64,000 bases of DNA from Bacteroidetes bacterium GWF2_35_48 (GTDB taxonomy: Bacteria; Bacteroidota; Bacteroidia; Bacteroidales; GWF2-35-48). The position numbers and the translations under genes were made by a program. The notes under the pieces are model-generated. The model made no database searches. It was not told the DNA's origin and was given only the letters and a program-made list of their open reading frames with translations. How positions within the stretch are numbered: position 1 is the stretch's first letter; every line of letters starts with the position of its first letter. Positions 61,876 to 64,000 of the stretch are shown here, piece after piece. The stretch spans positions 69,130-133,129 of the forward strand of contig MEOG01000096.1 in NCBI GenBank assembly GCA_001769125.1. Reading direction: 5' to 3'.

Positions 61876-64000
61876 GTGGGAAAGAGTTTTAACATATTAT
61901 TATTATTATTGATATTTTTTTTATCAAAATCAATATCACAAGCCCAAGATTGTGATACCTGCAATAGTACTGTTACCATATACGTAGATCTTTCTTTAAA
62001 TTCTGATTCAGTATGGATAAGCCCAGACATGGGAAGACTGGGATTATGCTGTTCAGCCCCATCAAATTATAGCTGCATACGATTCTATATAACGGTTCAT
62101 CCTGATGCAGATCAATTATCTTTTACACTTGCAACTCCACCTATACCCCCGGGTCAGGAATATCAAGTTGAATGCGGTCCTCTAATGTCTGTCGGAACCC
62201 CGATGTGCATTTCAGGAACCGGTCCTCATTGTATAGTATATTGTAAGCCCGGCGGTGATATTCTTAGCTATCAGATAACCTCTGCAAAAACATTGGAAGC
62301 CTCCCCTGATATTATCGTAAGTCAGGGATGTGTTGGAAAAATATGGGCAGTGGGACTTGAGGAAACATCAATTATATGGAACACAATTTACCCCGGAGTA
62401 TATGGTGAATACAACAGCTATTTATCTTGTCAGTCAGGATGTGATACAACCTTTGCAACCGCACAACCCGGATTTCCTCCGTATATAGATATTGAAGTAA
62501 GCGGAAATTTATTAGCGCCCTGTAATTTTAATTCTACCAAAGATACGGTCAGGATATATTTTGTGAACGATAAAGCTGTTACGATTTCCCCACAAGATCC
62601 CGTTATTTGTTTTGGAGGAACACCGGCAACCCTAACAGCCAATCCTGTTGGAGGTGCTCCCCCTTACAATTATTTGTGGAACACCGGCGAAACAACTCAA
62701 TCTATTACTGTTACTGCACAAGGGAATTATTGGGTAGAGGTCAGCGATCAGACAACCGATTGTCCTAGTGTTTACGATACAGTTTATGTAACTGAATTCA
62801 GTTTGCCGATAACAGCGCATGCCGGGATAGATCAAACAATATGCTACAACAATCCGATTGCGAACCTTAACGGAAATGTTGAGATTGCAACAGGGGGCAT
62901 TTGGGGTGGAGGAAATGGTATCTTTTTACCAGATAATACAAGTTTAAATGCTACTTATGTTCCTACTGCGGATGAACTTACAAGTGGTGTTGTTTCTCTT
63001 ACTTTAACCACTACTGGAAATTTTGGTTGCCCATTAGATGTTGATTATATGCAAATAACAATATCTCCTTCACCCACGGTATCAGCAGGTACAGATTTGA
63101 CCGTGTGTACAAACAATCTAAATGCATCTATGAGTGGATCGGTAACGAATGCAACAGGAGGAATATGGACAGGAGGAACAGGAACATTTAATCCTTTAAA
63201 TACTACTCTTAATGCTGTTTATACACCTTCGGAAGCAGAAATAACAGCAGGAAATGTTGTATTGACACTGACAACGACCGGTGTAGGAAACTGCTACACT
63301 GTTTCGGACAGCATAGAAATTACAATTATTCCCGAACCCATTGTTGATGCAGGATTAAATCAGACTATCTGTGCAAACAACTCGCTTGTTAATCTTAATG
63401 GATCTTACAGCCTTTCTTTAGGCTCCATGTGGTTTTCTTCAGGAAATGGAAATTTTTCTCCCAATAATACATCTCTAACCCCCACTTACACCCCAAGCCC
63501 TGAAGATATAGCAAATGGGGCCGTTGTATTAGGATTGATTTCTACAGGGAACGGAGTTTGTTTGCCCAATACAGATTTTACTTTAATCACTATTCTACCG
63601 TCTCCTGTTGTTGATGCAGGGAATAATCAAGTGCTGTGTTCTAACAACTCCGATGCTATTTTGGCAGGAACAGTAACAGGGCCTACTACTACAGGAATTT
63701 GGTCGAGCAATGGAACAGGATATTTCTATCCATCAGAAGTGTCTCTCAATGCTACTTATGTACCCTCCCCTCAAGATACTTCTATTGGTTCAGTTACAAT
63801 AAAATTGACATCAACAAATAATATCTCCTGTCTTCCTGTTTCAGATTCATTGACATTAACCTACACTCCATCTCCAACCTTAATATCTATCATAGATGTT
63901 GCTATTTGCGCAAACAATCCGGATATTACACTAACAACTAATCTGAGTATAAGTACAGGAGTTTCCTGGACATCCACCGGTACAGGCTTTTTTTCGCCCA
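61876..64000 (+). CDS. Repeat-rich cell-surface adhesin, N-terminal 708 aa (runs off the right edge)
   Basis: Not in the ORF track. The GTG at 61876 gives MGKSFNILLLLLIFFLSKSISQAQDC (signal peptide). My manual translation stays open to nt 64000. At least 7 tandem ~85-aa repeats are present with the pattern AG.DQTIC.NN....LNG.V..ATGG.W.GG.G.F.P.NT.LNA.Y.PT..E...G.V.LTLTT.GN..C. This resembles large gliding/T9SS type-B surface proteins of Cytophagia and Flavobacteriia. Confidence 0.75.
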   Translation, partial: MGKSFNILLLLLIFFLSKSISQAQDCDTCNSTVTIYVDLSLNSDSVWISPDMGRLGLCCSAPSNYSCIRFYITVHPDADQLSFTLATPPIPPGQEYQVECGPLMSVGTPMCISGTGPHCIVYCKPGGDILSYQITSAKTLEASPDIIVSQGCVGKIWAVGLEETSIIWNTIYPGVYGEYNSYLSCQSGCDTTFATAQPGFPPYIDIEVSGNLLAPCNFNSTKDTVRIYFVNDKAVTISPQDPVICFGGTPATLTANPVGGAPPYNYLWNTGETTQSITVTAQGNYWVEVSDQTTDCPSVYDTVYVTEFSLPITAHAGIDQTICYNNPIANLNGNVEIATGGIWGGGNGIFLPDNTSLNATYVPTADELTSGVVSLTLTTTGNFGCPLDVDYMQITISPSPTVSAGTDLTVCTNNLNASMSGSVTNATGGIWTGGTGTFNPLNTTLNAVYTPSEAEITAGNVVLTLTTTGVGNCYTVSDSIEITIIPEPIVDAGLNQTICANNSLVNLNGSYSLSLGSMWFSSGNGNFSPNNTSLTPTYTPSPEDIANGAVVLGLISTGNGVCLPNTDFTLITILPSPVVDAGNNQVLCSNNSDAILAGTVTGPTTTGIWSSNGTGYFYPSEVSLNATYVPSPQDTSIGSVTIKLTSTNNISCLPVSDSLTLTYTPSPTLISIIDVAICANNPDITLTTNLSISTGVSWTSTGTGFFSP

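Overview
AT-rich chromosomal segment, almost certainly from a Bacteroidota genome. The evidence is at least 10 proteins ending in T9SS type-A C-terminal sorting domains, an ECF sigma/FecR module, TAnnTTTG -7 promoter boxes close to start codons, and no Shine-Dalgarno dependence. About 40 genes are supported. They comprise housekeeping genes (sodB, hutI, nth, pta, ppnP, cstA, an ABC-F ATPase), many secreted peptidases and adhesins (M13, M23, C10, two M14, a PPAD-like deiminase, a choice-of-anchor-L protein, giant repeat proteins), a yefM-yoeB toxin-antitoxin pair with TGTACA operators, and a cobalamin-riboswitch operon. Two edge genes missing from the ORF track were recovered by hand: a TonB-dependent receptor at 1-1692 (-) and a repeat adhesin at 61876-64000 (+). 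No CRISPR array, cas gene, rRNA, tRNA, transposase, integrase or recognisable defence island was found. The most unusual content is non-coding. Nearly every larger intergenic gap carries modular, highly structured repeats bounded by inverted repeats. One family has three copies with compensatory stem changes. Another is built from phased 7-bp microsatellites around a shared GAGC..TCGAARCC core. There are two 11-bp-phased dyad arrays and a 16-unit 23-bp tandem array. Protein-level oddities are a sigma/anti-sigma/STN-domain trio whose third member is not a TonB-dependent transporter, B12-riboswitch-controlled T9SS cargo, a 1077-aa single-chain fusion resembling HcnABC or sarcosine oxidase, and a multi-PAS histidine kinase whose H-box histidine is replaced by arginine. 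All calls rest on reading the sequence and on recalled family signatures; no database search or folding computation was run.
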